DNA of 42,182 nt. Source: a virus. The stretch is taken from positions 1-42,182 of the IMG/VR virus record IMGVR_UViG_3300045988_148823; one strand, given 5' to 3'. The notes below the pieces were generated by a model, which did no database searches, was not told where the DNA came from, and saw nothing but the letters and a program-made list of their open reading frames with translations. Shown one piece after another: positions 8,750 to 16,780 of the stretch (positions are counted from its first letter, which is position 1; every line of letters starts with the position of its first letter). Made by a program: the position numbers and the translations under genes.

Positions 8750-11134
8750 ATGAATACTTTAGATAAAGTTTACGATCTTACTATTGATATAAAAAATATT
8801 GATGTCAAATATAATAGTTATGCAAAATTCTTTGATGATGATAGAGAAACATCTGTTATAAGAATAAAGCTTCTTAATGATAAAACTCCTATCGATTTAG
8901 AAGGTTGTACGGTAGAAGCTGAATTTATACTAGCTAATAATACATATCATGATGAAACTTGTAAAATCATTAATAGTAGTGAAGGTGTAGTCGAATTACA
9001 ATTATGTCAAAAATGTTTAGTTAAAGGTGAAAATATTGTTAGGCTTTCAATATTAAAAGATAATGAAATATCTAATACTCCAGTTATAACATATGAGGTT
9101 AGAAAAGGATTATACAGTGATAATCCAAGCTTTAACGATGATCCATTAACTCCTATTTTAAGTCAGATGCTTTTAGATATTAAAGTAACAAAAGTTAATC
9201 AAATAGAATTACAAGAAAGATATGAAAAATCATTGCCTAAAATAGAAGGTAAAATAAAAGAAGTTGAAAGCCTTATAAATAGGGTTGATACTGCTATAGC
9301 TAGTGGGACACAAGATTTAGAAGTTAAAGAAGCTAGAGCAAATAAAAAAGGTATTGTTTATGCAAAATTAGGTGATAGACTTAACGAAGTTGATTCACAA
9401 TTGGAACATAAAGCGAATTTGAATGCTGTATTTTCAATGGCTAATATGGGGCAAGATGTTAAGGAAGCTATGACTGGTGGAAGTGTTGCGGTAGTTGGAA
9501 GGAACACTATATTAAAGGAAAATGTAGTTGATAAACAAATAACACCGTCTAAAACGTCTTTCATAGATGTAGAGAATTCCGTTAATCTTTTTAATAAGAA
9601 TAGTGGAGAAATTCAGTTAGGAGGTTATTTAGATGCTTCTGGGGAGTTCAAAGAATATACTTCTTACTTTGTAGGGCATAAAATAGATGTAACTGAAGGA
9701 CAAACGTATACAGTAAGTTATGCAGAGCCTAGCTGGGGTGGTTTTTATAATAGTGAAGGAACATTTATTTCTAAAATAGGGACACCTTCAGGGGTATTAA
9801 GTCCGTTTACATTTACAGTACCCGAAGGGGCTTGTTATATGCGTCTAAACGGTATTATTAGTAGTATGAATACTTATATGATTGTTTTAGGAGATAGCTT
9901 ACCAAGTCAATACGTAGCATTTTATAAGAACTTCACTTTAAATGAGAGTGTGAAGATAGAAGATGTTGCAAAGTTACAAGAGGAGTACGAATATAATATA
10001 CCTCTCCTTCAAAACCGTTTTGTAGATAGTTTAAATTTATTTGACAAAACAAGTCCTGAAATAATTTTAGGAAGTTTCATAACTAGTGCAAGTGGGGATA
10101 TGTCTACGTCAACGTCAACAGCTATAAGTCCTTATATGCCCGTAAAACCTAATGAGGTTTATTCGTTTAAGTTTTACCCAGACATATACGGTTCTAATAA
10201 GAACTACGCCTTTTATGATAGGAATAAAAATCCTATTGAAGACGTTTTAAACTGTGTTTTGGACGAGGAAACAAATGTACTAACTATAACAGTACCTAAT
10301 ATAGACACGATAAAATATGTACGTGTTAATTGTAGTGAAAATGATTTAGATTCGTTTATGTTCGTAAAGGGCGAAACGTACCCAAGCGAATATATTTCAG
10401 GGAATGCAACCTTGAGAAGTAATATAGATTTAAATGACCTTCAAAAAGATACTGTAGGTAAGATTGTAAAGGGCATACTAGATACAACATCTATAAATTC
10501 GGTATTAGTCAATAAAGTAATTACTTTTAATGGCGACAGTATATGTGCAGGGGCAGGTTATACTGGGGGGTATGGAAAAATAATCGCAGATAAGTATAAT
10601 ATGACTTACGAGAATGTAGCTGTAAGTGGTGGAACTATAACTGCTGAAACTTATTCTGCTAGTGGTAGTGCAAGACATTGGATAAGTAGAACAATATCTA
10701 AAATGAGAGATGATGCTGATTATATAGTCTTAGAAGGTGGAGTTAATGATGCTTCTTTAAGTATTCCTTTAGGTGAAATAACATCTGATTATATATCTAC
10801 TTTAGACGATACTACTTATTGTGGTGCTTTTGAAAGTATGTTAAAACAAGCGTTAGGAAAGTATCCTAGTAAAAAAATAGGTTATATAATGGTTCATAAA
10901 ATGGAGAAAAATTTTGATAGTAGATACGAAGATAATCATTATCAAATGAGTAAAAAAATATGTGAGAAGTGGGGCGTCCCTTATTTAGATTTAAATATTG
11001 AATGTCCTCCGTTAAATTATATACCTTCATTAAAAGCAACTTATACAAAAGATGGAGATGGTTGGCATCCAAATGAACTAGGATATAAAAAGTATTATGT
11101 TGATAAAATAGTTCATTGGCTTGAATCACTTTAG
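8750..11134 (+). CDS. Large fibre/receptor-binding protein: BppU-like N-terminus, two tandem paralogous modules, C-terminal SGNH/GDSL hydrolase
   Basis: 794 aa. The N-terminal Ig-like region resembles BppU_N. Modules starting (V/L)NLF(N/D)K(N/T)S(G/P)EI(Q/I)LG are encoded from about 9581 and 10031. SGNH blocks are FNGDSICAG, VSGGT, EGGVNDA and DGWHPN (about 10516-11134). Confidence 0.75.
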   Translation: MNTLDKVYDLTIDIKNIDVKYNSYAKFFDDDRETSVIRIKLLNDKTPIDLEGCTVEAEFILANNTYHDETCKIINSSEGVVELQLCQKCLVKGENIVRLSILKDNEISNTPVITYEVRKGLYSDNPSFNDDPLTPILSQMLLDIKVTKVNQIELQERYEKSLPKIEGKIKEVESLINRVDTAIASGTQDLEVKEARANKKGIVYAKLGDRLNEVDSQLEHKANLNAVFSMANMGQDVKEAMTGGSVAVVGRNTILKENVVDKQITPSKTSFIDVENSVNLFNKNSGEIQLGGYLDASGEFKEYTSYFVGHKIDVTEGQTYTVSYAEPSWGGFYNSEGTFISKIGTPSGVLSPFTFTVPEGACYMRLNGIISSMNTYMIVLGDSLPSQYVAFYKNFTLNESVKIEDVAKLQEEYEYNIPLLQNRFVDSLNLFDKTSPEIILGSFITSASGDMSTSTSTAISPYMPVKPNEVYSFKFYPDIYGSNKNYAFYDRNKNPIEDVLNCVLDEETNVLTITVPNIDTIKYVRVNCSENDLDSFMFVKGETYPSEYISGNATLRSNIDLNDLQKDTVGKIVKGILDTTSINSVLVNKVITFNGDSICAGAGYTGGYGKIIADKYNMTYENVAVSGGTITAETYSASGSARHWISRTISKMRDDADYIVLEGGVNDASLSIPLGEITSDYISTLDDTTYCGAFESMLKQALGKYPSKKIGYIMVHKMEKNFDSRYEDNHYQMSKKICEKWGVPYLDLNIECPPLNYIPSLKATYTKDGDGWHPNELGYKKYYVDKIVHWLESL

Positions 11135-11164
11135 ATAAAAAATGCGAACTAAACTAAATAACTT

Positions 11165-11189
11165 AGGACCTATAGTTTAGGTCCTTTTT
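11165..11189 (+). terminator. Rho-independent terminator after the fibre gene
   Basis: AGGACC (11165-70) pairs with GGTCCT (11180-85), followed by a T-run. Confidence 0.7.
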
Positions 11190-11213
11190 AATATAAAAAG
11201 GGTGGTGGAATAA

Positions 11214-11492
11214 GTGGAACAAATGATAACAAACTTTGGCTTTCCTATAGCTTGTGCATGTGCTTTAGGTGTTTATTTTGTACAAAAAGATAAAGCTTCT
11301 AGAGAAGATATAAATAAAATCATAGACAATTTAAGAGAAGATAATAAACTAGATAGGGAACTATACAGAGATACAATAGATAAATTTAACAGTAAATTAG
11401 ATAAATTTGCAATAGCTTTAGAAAGTAACAATAATCGTTTAGAATCTATTGAAGATGATGTGAGAAGCATAAAAGAAAGGGTAGGTGTATAG
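11214..11492 (+). CDS. Holin-like protein (BhlA/UviB family look)
   Basis: Single N-terminal TM (FGFPIACACALGVYFV) followed by a charged coiled-coil tail. Lies immediately upstream of the amidase. GTG at 11214 or in-frame ATG at 11223. Confidence 0.65.
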   Translation: MEQMITNFGFPIACACALGVYFVQKDKASREDINKIIDNLREDNKLDRELYRDTIDKFNSKLDKFAIALESNNNRLESIEDDVRSIKERVGV

Positions 11493-11494
11493 AT

Positions 11495-12172
11495 ATGAAA
11501 ATATTAATATCAGCAGGTCATACTCTTACTGGTAAAGGTACTGGTGCAGTTGGTTTTATAAATGAAAGTCAAGAAAATAGAGTATTAGCTAAATTTATAG
11601 TTGAGCACCTTAAAAAACTAGGTCATGAAGTAGATTATCACGAAGTAAATAGTGGAAGTGATTATATAAACCAACAAGCTAAAAAAGCTAATTCTAAAAA
11701 ATATGATGTTGTAGTTCAAATACATTTTAATTGCTCAGATAATGCAACTGCTAATGGCACAGAAGTTATATACAGAAGTTCTAAAGGAAAAGTATTTGCT
11801 CAAAGAGTTCAAGATAAACTTAAAGCTGAATTTAAAGACAGAAAGATAAAACACGATATAAACGACCTAAAACGTGATTTAGGTTGGTTAAGATTAACTA
11901 AGCCCCCTGCAATATTAATAGAAACTTGTTTCGTATCTAATAAAAGTGATACTGATAAATATACATCTGATAGGAAAAAGATAGCTAAATTAATAGCAGA
12001 GGGAATAGCAAATCAAACTATATCTGAAAATAGTAATTCTAGTGTTTCATCTACTGATAAAAAACTATATGCAGTTTGTATTGGTGCTTATAGTGATAAA
12101 TCTGTAGCAGATTCAAAAGTTGAAGAATTAAAGAAAAAAGGTTATAAAGATACATATTTAATTCCAAGATAA
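11495..12172 (+). CDS. Endolysin: N-acetylmuramoyl-L-alanine amidase (Amidase_3 type) with C-terminal SPOR-like domain
   Basis: N-terminal MKILISAGHTLTGKGTGAVG, then VVQIHFN and ILIETCFVSN, typical of Amidase_3. C-terminal KLYAVCIGAYSDKSVADSKVEELKKKGYKDTYLIPR resembles SPOR. Confidence 0.9.
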   Translation: MKILISAGHTLTGKGTGAVGFINESQENRVLAKFIVEHLKKLGHEVDYHEVNSGSDYINQQAKKANSKKYDVVVQIHFNCSDNATANGTEVIYRSSKGKVFAQRVQDKLKAEFKDRKIKHDINDLKRDLGWLRLTKPPAILIETCFVSNKSDTDKYTSDRKKIAKLIAEGIANQTISENSNSSVSSTDKKLYAVCIGAYSDKSVADSKVEELKKKGYKDTYLIPR

Positions 12173-12301
12173 TGTTTATTTTATTGGTAATATATGTTAA
12201 AATATAATTAAAATAACATTACATAAGTAAGAATATATTATCTTTATTTTAATCTTATTCTAAATGTTTCTATATTTTGTAATTATTATGTATTTTGATT
12301 C

Positions 12302-12338
12302 AAAAGAAGCTATTGTGTTGTTGCGATAGCTTCTTTTA
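12302..12338. terminator. Hairpin terminator closing the lysis operon (A-run and T-run on either side, possibly bidirectional)
   Basis: GAAGCTAT (12306-13) pairs with ATAGCTTC (12326-33), flanked by aaaa and tttt. Confidence 0.75.
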
Positions 12339-12462
12339 CTTGCTACAATATAAGTATATCCAACTTTAATTTGCAACACTCGAGTTGTAGAGTATAAATT
12401 TAACAGTTAATCGGCTAAAGATTACAATATCAACAAACAATCATATAAGTTCAGTAAAAAGG

Positions 12463-12489
12463 GAAGCTATGGGATCAGCTTCTTTTTTT
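12463..12489 (+). terminator. Rho-independent terminator
   Basis: GAAGCT (12463-68) pairs with AGCTTC (12477-82), followed by T7. Confidence 0.65.
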
Positions 12490-12652
12490 ATGTTTAAAAT
12501 TAGGCAAATAAAAAAGACTGCTTAAAAGTATTTACTTTTATTTTTTTTTTGATATAATTAAAATTAGTTATAGGGTAAACCCATATTAATGTATCATCTA
12601 TAAGGATATAAGCTGTCTATTTTGGTAGCCGTTATTATGGTTCCATAACACT

Positions 12653-12671
12653 AGCCCATGAGGGCTTTTTT
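12653..12671 (+). terminator. Rho-independent terminator
   Basis: AGCCC (12653-57) pairs with GGGCT (12662-66), loop atga, then a T-run. Confidence 0.6.
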
Positions 12672-12811
12672 ATTTTTAAAATTATTATTTAAAAATATAA
12701 TTAAGTTGTACAATAAGTTTATAATTATTGTCTAGATTTTTGAAATTCCACAAATTTATATCCAAATTATTCTAACGTTTTAATGGCTTATACTTTTCTG
12801 TATAGGCTATT

Positions 12812-12985
12812 TTAATTTGAATGACACACACAGCATCTATCATATTCAAATCTTTGATACTTACCACAAAATCTACAATATTGAAAATTATTATTATAAC
12901 TACTCTCACTATAAAAGTTATCTTGGTGATTTCTTTCCCAGTAATAGCCTCTATTATCCTTATCTTGATTAAATATATTAAACAT
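12812..12985 (-). CDS. Small Asn/Tyr-rich Cys-containing protein (57 aa), hypothetical
   Basis: My translation of a frame below the track cutoff: MFNIFNQDKDNRGYYWERNHQDNFYSESSYNNNFQYCRFCGKYQRFEYDRCCVCHSN*. It is more protein-like than the two Ile-rich track ORFs covering the same DNA. The RBS is weak. Confidence 0.35.
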   Translation of the reverse strand: MFNIFNQDKDNRGYYWERNHQDNFYSESSYNNNFQYCRFCGKYQRFEYDRCCVCHSN

Positions 12986-13071
12986 ATAACCGACCGCCCT
13001 TTAAAATCTAATTTAAAAGGTATTATAAGCATATCTGAATATATTTATACATAAAAAGACTAGAAATTAAT

Positions 13072-13263
13072 CTAGTCTAAATCAAAATCTAAACATATTT
13101 CAAAATCATTCATAATATATTCATAGCAAGCTTTGTGAATATATTCAAATTTTTCTTCTTCACCCATTCCTTCTAATTCATTGTCATCTATTTCTATTTC
13201 AAAAGAATGATCTCTTCCTCCCACACTATAACCTAAACAATAAACTCCGAAATCTATTTTCAT
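13072..13263 (-). CDS. Small highly acidic protein (63 aa), hypothetical
   Basis: Strong RBS aggagg (complement of 13272-77). Rich in Asp/Glu (EIEIDDNELEGMGEEEKFEY...DFDLD). Confidence 0.6.
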   Translation of the reverse strand: MKIDFGVYCLGYSVGGRDHSFEIEIDDNELEGMGEEEKFEYIHKACYEYIMNDFEICLDFDLD

Positions 13264-13355
13264 TTTATCGTCCTCCTATATAATAAAAGAATTATTTTAT
13301 TTTGTTCTATAAATATTTTCTATATTTTTATTTTCCAAGAAGTCTAAAATTAAAC

Positions 13356-13466
13356 CTATCTCGTGTATTTTGCCGATATTCTTATTTGATTTGGTAGATT
13401 ATCCTCAACTTCCTTTTGTTGTTTTAAAAACATATATCTTAATTTTAAAAAATCTTTAAACTCCAT
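13356..13466 (-). CDS. Micro-ORF (36 aa), hypothetical
   Basis: MEFKDFLKLRYMFLKQQKEVEDNLPNQIRISAKYTR*. RBS aaggaag upstream. Confidence 0.3.
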   Translation of the reverse strand: MEFKDFLKLRYMFLKQQKEVEDNLPNQIRISAKYTR

Positions 13467-13492
13467 AATTAACTTCCTTTTCTAAATAAAGA

Positions 13493-13660
13493 TTATATTT
13501 CATCACATATTTCAAATTTATCACATTCTTCTTCGTTTGTTATATCTACAACTTTACACCAACAATTATATAAAGTTTCATTTTCAAATATAGTGTAAAT
13601 TGATTTTCTCATATGTTTACATTTCCAACATTTGCTTGTTTGGTTTATATCTTGATACAT
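13493..13660 (-). CDS. Small zinc-ribbon-like protein (55 aa)
   Basis: MYQDINQTSKCWKCKHMRKS...YNCWCKVVDITNEEECDKFEICDEI*. RBS ggaggt upstream. CxxC and CxC pairs present. Confidence 0.5.
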   Translation of the reverse strand: MYQDINQTSKCWKCKHMRKSIYTIFENETLYNCWCKVVDITNEEECDKFEICDEI

Positions 13661-13716
13661 ATATACCTCCGTTTAAAATACAATTTTTATCTTAATTTAT
13701 TAAGTTGTTTTATTTT

Positions 13717-13818
13717 TCATAATATTCTTCGATTTTCGTGTCTTGCGATGTATTTAAACCCTAAATAATAGGCGTATTTTAATTCAACATATTCTTTATC
13801 TGTCAATTTGATATTCAT
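13717..13818 (-). CDS. Micro-ORF (33 aa), hypothetical
   Basis: MNIKLTDKEYVELKYAYYLGFKYIARHENRRIL*. RBS aaagga upstream. Confidence 0.3.
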   Translation of the reverse strand: MNIKLTDKEYVELKYAYYLGFKYIARHENRRIL

Positions 13819-13842
13819 AATTTAAATCCTTTCTAATAAAAA

Positions 13843-14019
13843 TTATATTTTATCTTTCTCAATAACTATCTTTCCTTCTGATTCAGTTATTTTTATTTGT
13901 CTATCTTCTATACTAATACCTAACGTTTCAATAACCCAACTTGGCAAACTTAATTTGTAAATGTAAGAGTTTGGTCTATTTTTAACCTTCTGTATGCTTA
14001 TATTCCTAATTGCTTCCAT
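13843..14019 (-). CDS. AbrB/SpoVT/MazE-type DNA-binding protein (58 aa)
   Basis: MEAIRNISIQKVKNRPNSYIYKLSLPSWVIETLGISIEDRQIKITESEGKIVIEKDKI*. RBS ggaggg upstream. The pattern ..LSLPSWVIETLGI..(D)..I.I....G.IVIEK fits the swapped-hairpin AbrB fold. Confidence 0.55.
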   Translation of the reverse strand: MEAIRNISIQKVKNRPNSYIYKLSLPSWVIETLGISIEDRQIKITESEGKIVIEKDKI

Positions 14020-14073
14020 AGTCCCTCCTATCTAATCAGTAAAGGCTTTTTATAATGAGCCACCACTTTTGTA

Positions 14074-14367
14074 TTAAACTTCTTCTGTATAAGTAATATG
14101 TAAATCATTGCCTTCTATTTCCCACCAGTAATGTTCATTATCATTAAATAAATCTATATCTTTAAAAATTTCTAATTCTTCATTTGTCATTGATAAAGCT
14201 ATATATACACTTTCCGTACCCATTTTACCTGTTCTTAACACTTCTCTATCTATTGCACTTTCTATTCTTTCTACTATTTCCCTAATTATTTCGATATTTT
14301 TATCTTTCTTTAACCTATATTCTAATTCATTTGAAACATCAAATATTGTTTGGATATCGAATCCCAT
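14074..14367 (-). CDS. Acidic hypothetical protein (97 aa)
   Basis: Track ORF. RBS aaggagga upstream. Rich in Glu/Asp. Confidence 0.65.
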   Translation of the reverse strand: MGFDIQTIFDVSNELEYRLKKDKNIEIIREIVERIESAIDREVLRTGKMGTESVYIALSMTNEELEIFKDIDLFNDNEHYWWEIEGNDLHITYTEEV

Positions 14368-14508
14368 AAGTAATCCTCCTTTTTTAATTCTTTCATATCT
14401 AATCCCATCCTTTTATTTTTTATTTGATAACTTTTTTAACTTGTTATCTTAATTATATTATATCTCGTTAGTGCCTAACAGTCAACGATATTTATAAACT
14501 TTTTTTAA

Positions 14509-14640
14509 TTATTCTTCTATAACTATAGCAATTATTTTTTTATTTTGGTCAATTATAACTTTCTTGCCTTCTACTAAATGCCATTTCCAATAGTTAGGCA
14601 CTTCGATTATTTTATCATTTTCAAGTAATTTTATTTTCAT
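14509..14640 (-). CDS. Small hypothetical protein (43 aa), first gene of the leftward cluster
   Basis: An internal ATG at 14640 is preceded by aggagg (complement of 14645-50). The track start at 14700 has no RBS. Protein: MKIKLLENDKIIEVPNYWKWHLVEGKKVIIDQNKKIIAIVIEE. Confidence 0.55.
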   Translation of the reverse strand: MKIKLLENDKIIEVPNYWKWHLVEGKKVIIDQNKKIIAIVIEE

Positions 14641-14717
14641 TTTTCCTCCTTTGTGGTATGAGCTGTTTATCTCTACTAGGTGTTTGTAAAATTTTAACAA
14701 TTATATTGTATATGAGT

Positions 14718-14744
14718 TTATCCACAATATCCACATAATCCACA
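14718..14744. promoter_or_regulatory. Three contiguous DnaA-box 9-mers
   Basis: TTATCCACA (14718-26, perfect consensus), ATATCCACA (14727-35) and TAATCCACA (14736-44), head to tail. Confidence 0.7.
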
Positions 14745-14782
14745 AATATTGTTTATAGCTTAAACCGTTGAAAATACTGCAC

Positions 14783-14892
14783 ACGTTCAGTGGAATTGAC
14801 GGTATAAATAAAAATATAATACCCACACGTTCCGTGGAATTGACGGGGTACGTTCCGTGGAATTGACGGGGTTAATTCGATGGAATTGAACA
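14783..14892. repeat. Iteron array: four direct copies of about 20-22 bp, ACGTTCCGTGGAATTGACGGGG
   Basis: Copies lie at 14783-14802, 14827-14848, 14850-14871 and about 14873-14892 (degenerate). The core TGGAATTGA starts at 14791, 14835, 14858 and 14881, giving spacings of 44, 23 and 23 nt. The array is GC-rich against an AT-rich background. Confidence 0.85.
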
Positions 14893-14971
14893 AAGATAGA
14901 TAAGTTATTATAGGGAAATTATTATAGATAATATATATATAATAAAAAAATTTTAGTTTTTAATAAAAAAC

Positions 14972-15000
14972 ATATACATATCCTATTAAGTATGTTATAA
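14972..15000 (+). promoter_or_regulatory. Putative sigma-A promoter for the 15032 operon
   Basis: Extended -10 TGtTATAAT (14992-15000). -35-like tataca at 14972-77, 17 nt upstream. Sits inside the AT-rich tract 14893-15000. Confidence 0.5.
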
Positions 15001-15031
15001 TAATATTAGAAAACAGATAAGGAGGTTAAAA

Positions 15032-15367
15032 ATGAGTGTTAATTTTGAAATGGCTATAAGTAATAATATTGATGTAAAAGATATAACTCTTATAAGCTAT
15101 TTATCTTTAGTATCAGAAAGAGAAAATTTAGGAGAAGAATTTGAATTGCCATATGCAAAAATAATAAATGATTTACCTATCATATTTAATAACAAAAGTT
15201 ACGAAGCTAATTCTGTTAAACTTAGAAGGATGTTAGACAAAGAGGGTATGAAGAAGTTTATAACAAGGGAAATTTTAAAAAAGGGTAGAGAATTTGGAAC
15301 TGTTGTTTTATTTAAGCTTAATAAGCCAAATATAGAAAAGCTTATTATAAAAGGAATAGTAAAGTAA
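15032..15367 (+). CDS. Small winged-helix-like protein next to the iterons (possible origin-binding or accessory protein)
   Basis: 111 aa with RBS aaggagg. Function is inferred only from position and an HTH-like segment (NSVKLRRMLDKEGMKKFITREILKKGREFGTVVLFKLN). Confidence 0.4.
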   Translation: MSVNFEMAISNNIDVKDITLISYLSLVSERENLGEEFELPYAKIINDLPIIFNNKSYEANSVKLRRMLDKEGMKKFITREILKKGREFGTVVLFKLNKPNIEKLIIKGIVK

Positions 15368-15384
15368 TAAAGGGGGATAACTAA

Positions 15385-16269
15385 ATGAAATATATACACG
15401 GTTTTTTAAGCAGCAGATTGAAAGAGGAAAAAATAAGCCATGATGAAAGCTTAGTTATAAGATATTTATTAAACTTTATAAATAGTAACAAGATGGAAAA
15501 GGTGCTTGTAAATGGTGAATTTTATTATTGGGTAAAATATGAAAAAGTAGCTACAGATTTAGAAATATTAGGAGTTAAAAAACAAGCTATAAGCGATATG
15601 TTAATTTATGATTTAGGAGAAAAGCCAAGCGATTGGGAAGAAAGGCTTAACTCAATGAAAGAAAGTAGCAGAAAGAAAAAGATGAAATCTAAATTTATAG
15701 GAATATTTAAAAGATACACTAAAAAAGATGCAGAAGGCACTAAATCTTATTTTGCCCCTACTGAAAAATTATATTCACTTCTTCCAAGCATAACGGAAGA
15801 TGATGAAGATATGAAAAATAAAAAAGCCCCTACTTTGCCACAAGTAGAAGCCGAAGAAATCAAACCTAATAAAAGTATATGCAATTCTGATATAAATAAT
15901 ACTTCATTTGATGAAAAAAATCAATGTAAAAAAGTAGAAAGTGAAGTAGTGAAAGTTATAAATAAAAGTTGTGTAAATATTAGAAAGCAAGATTTAAAAG
16001 ATTGTGAAGAAGAATTTACTGATATAGATAAATTAAAAGAAGCTTTAGAGGTATGCGAGAAAAATAATTCTCACGGTATTAAATCATTAAGAATGGCTTA
16101 TAAATATGGGAATGTTAATATCAATAATTCAAATAAAAAACAAAGTACAATATTTATGGCAGATAGTAAAGTTATTGTAGATGGAAAATTAAAAAGTGTA
16201 GCTGATATGACTGAGGAAGAATTTGAACAGAAGCTTAGAGAAAAATGGGGAAGAAACTTTATAGGCTAA
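15385..16269 (+). CDS. Putative iteron-dependent replication initiator (Rep-like, N-terminal winged helix)
   Basis: 294 aa with RBS aggggga. N-terminal wHTH-like segment (LVIRYLLNFINSNKMEKVLVNGEFYYWVKYEKVATDLEILGVKKQAISDML). Lies immediately downstream of DnaA boxes, iterons and the AT tract. No family recognised by eye. Confidence 0.4.
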   Translation: MKYIHGFLSSRLKEEKISHDESLVIRYLLNFINSNKMEKVLVNGEFYYWVKYEKVATDLEILGVKKQAISDMLIYDLGEKPSDWEERLNSMKESSRKKKMKSKFIGIFKRYTKKDAEGTKSYFAPTEKLYSLLPSITEDDEDMKNKKAPTLPQVEAEEIKPNKSICNSDINNTSFDEKNQCKKVESEVVKVINKSCVNIRKQDLKDCEEEFTDIDKLKEALEVCEKNNSHGIKSLRMAYKYGNVNINNSNKKQSTIFMADSKVIVDGKLKSVADMTEEEFEQKLREKWGRNFIG

Positions 16270-16348
16270 AACAAATTTAAAGGGCATTGAGAGAGGTTTT
16301 AAGCTTCTCTTAATGTAAATATATAATAAAAGGTAGTGAGATATAAAA

Positions 16349-16780
16349 TTGAAAAAGTATAAAGATTTTGTGATTGTAAAAGCATTAAATAGAAATCAAG
16401 ATTTGGGATTAAAGATGATTGATAATAAATTGTATATAAGTATTTTATTTTATAATAAGAAAAAAAGGATATATGAATACGAATATAGCGAAGTATTAGT
16501 TTATGATATAGATAAGTTGATAGTAAAATTAGTGTCTGTTATGAACAATTTAGAAAATAATGTATTTTATAATAATAGAAAAAATAATCAAGATATTTTA
16601 ATGAAGCTAATTAATTACAACAAAGCCTTTAAATTAAAAAATACTTTAAAATTATCTTTGTATAGTTATATTGGAATTAATAATGCTACGCACTCAAATG
16701 TAACTATAAGCATAGATAGTGCTAGGAATTTATACAGAGTTTTGAATAATGCTAAGCTAATTCAAAATACAAATAGATAA
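16349..16780 (+). CDS. Hypothetical protein (Asn-rich)
   Basis: 143 aa, TTG start, RBS ggtagtgag. No recognisable motif. Confidence 0.45.
   Translation: MKKYKDFVIVKALNRNQDLGLKMIDNKLYISILFYNKKKRIYEYEYSEVLVYDIDKLIVKLVSVMNNLENNVFYNNRKNNQDILMKLINYNKAFKLKNTLKLSLYSYIGINNATHSNVTISIDSARNLYRVLNNAKLIQNTNR

Noticed and set aside
12190-12206. Second dif-like half-site (tatatgttaaaat) just after the endolysin stop
   Set aside because: Only the XerD-arm-like half is present. No CATAA-type left arm lies at 6-8 nt spacing, so it is probably a chance AT-rich match.
12772-13054. Track ORFs 12772..13032 (-) and 12821..13054 (+)
   Set aside because: Both translate to Ile/Leu/Thr-rich low-complexity strings with no RBS. 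A different minus-strand frame (12812..12985) gives a more protein-like 57-aa product, so that was listed instead, at low confidence.
14641-14700. N-terminal extension of track ORF 14509..14700 (MLKFYKHLVEINSSYHKGGK...)
   Set aside because: The internal ATG at 14640 has a perfect aggagg RBS. The upstream start has none and would overlap the promoter and DnaA-box region.
14783-14892. Could the 22-bp direct repeats be a CRISPR array?
   Set aside because: There are only four copies. Three are directly abutting with no spacers of CRISPR length, there are no cas genes, and the repeats sit between DnaA boxes and an AT-rich tract. They are iterons.
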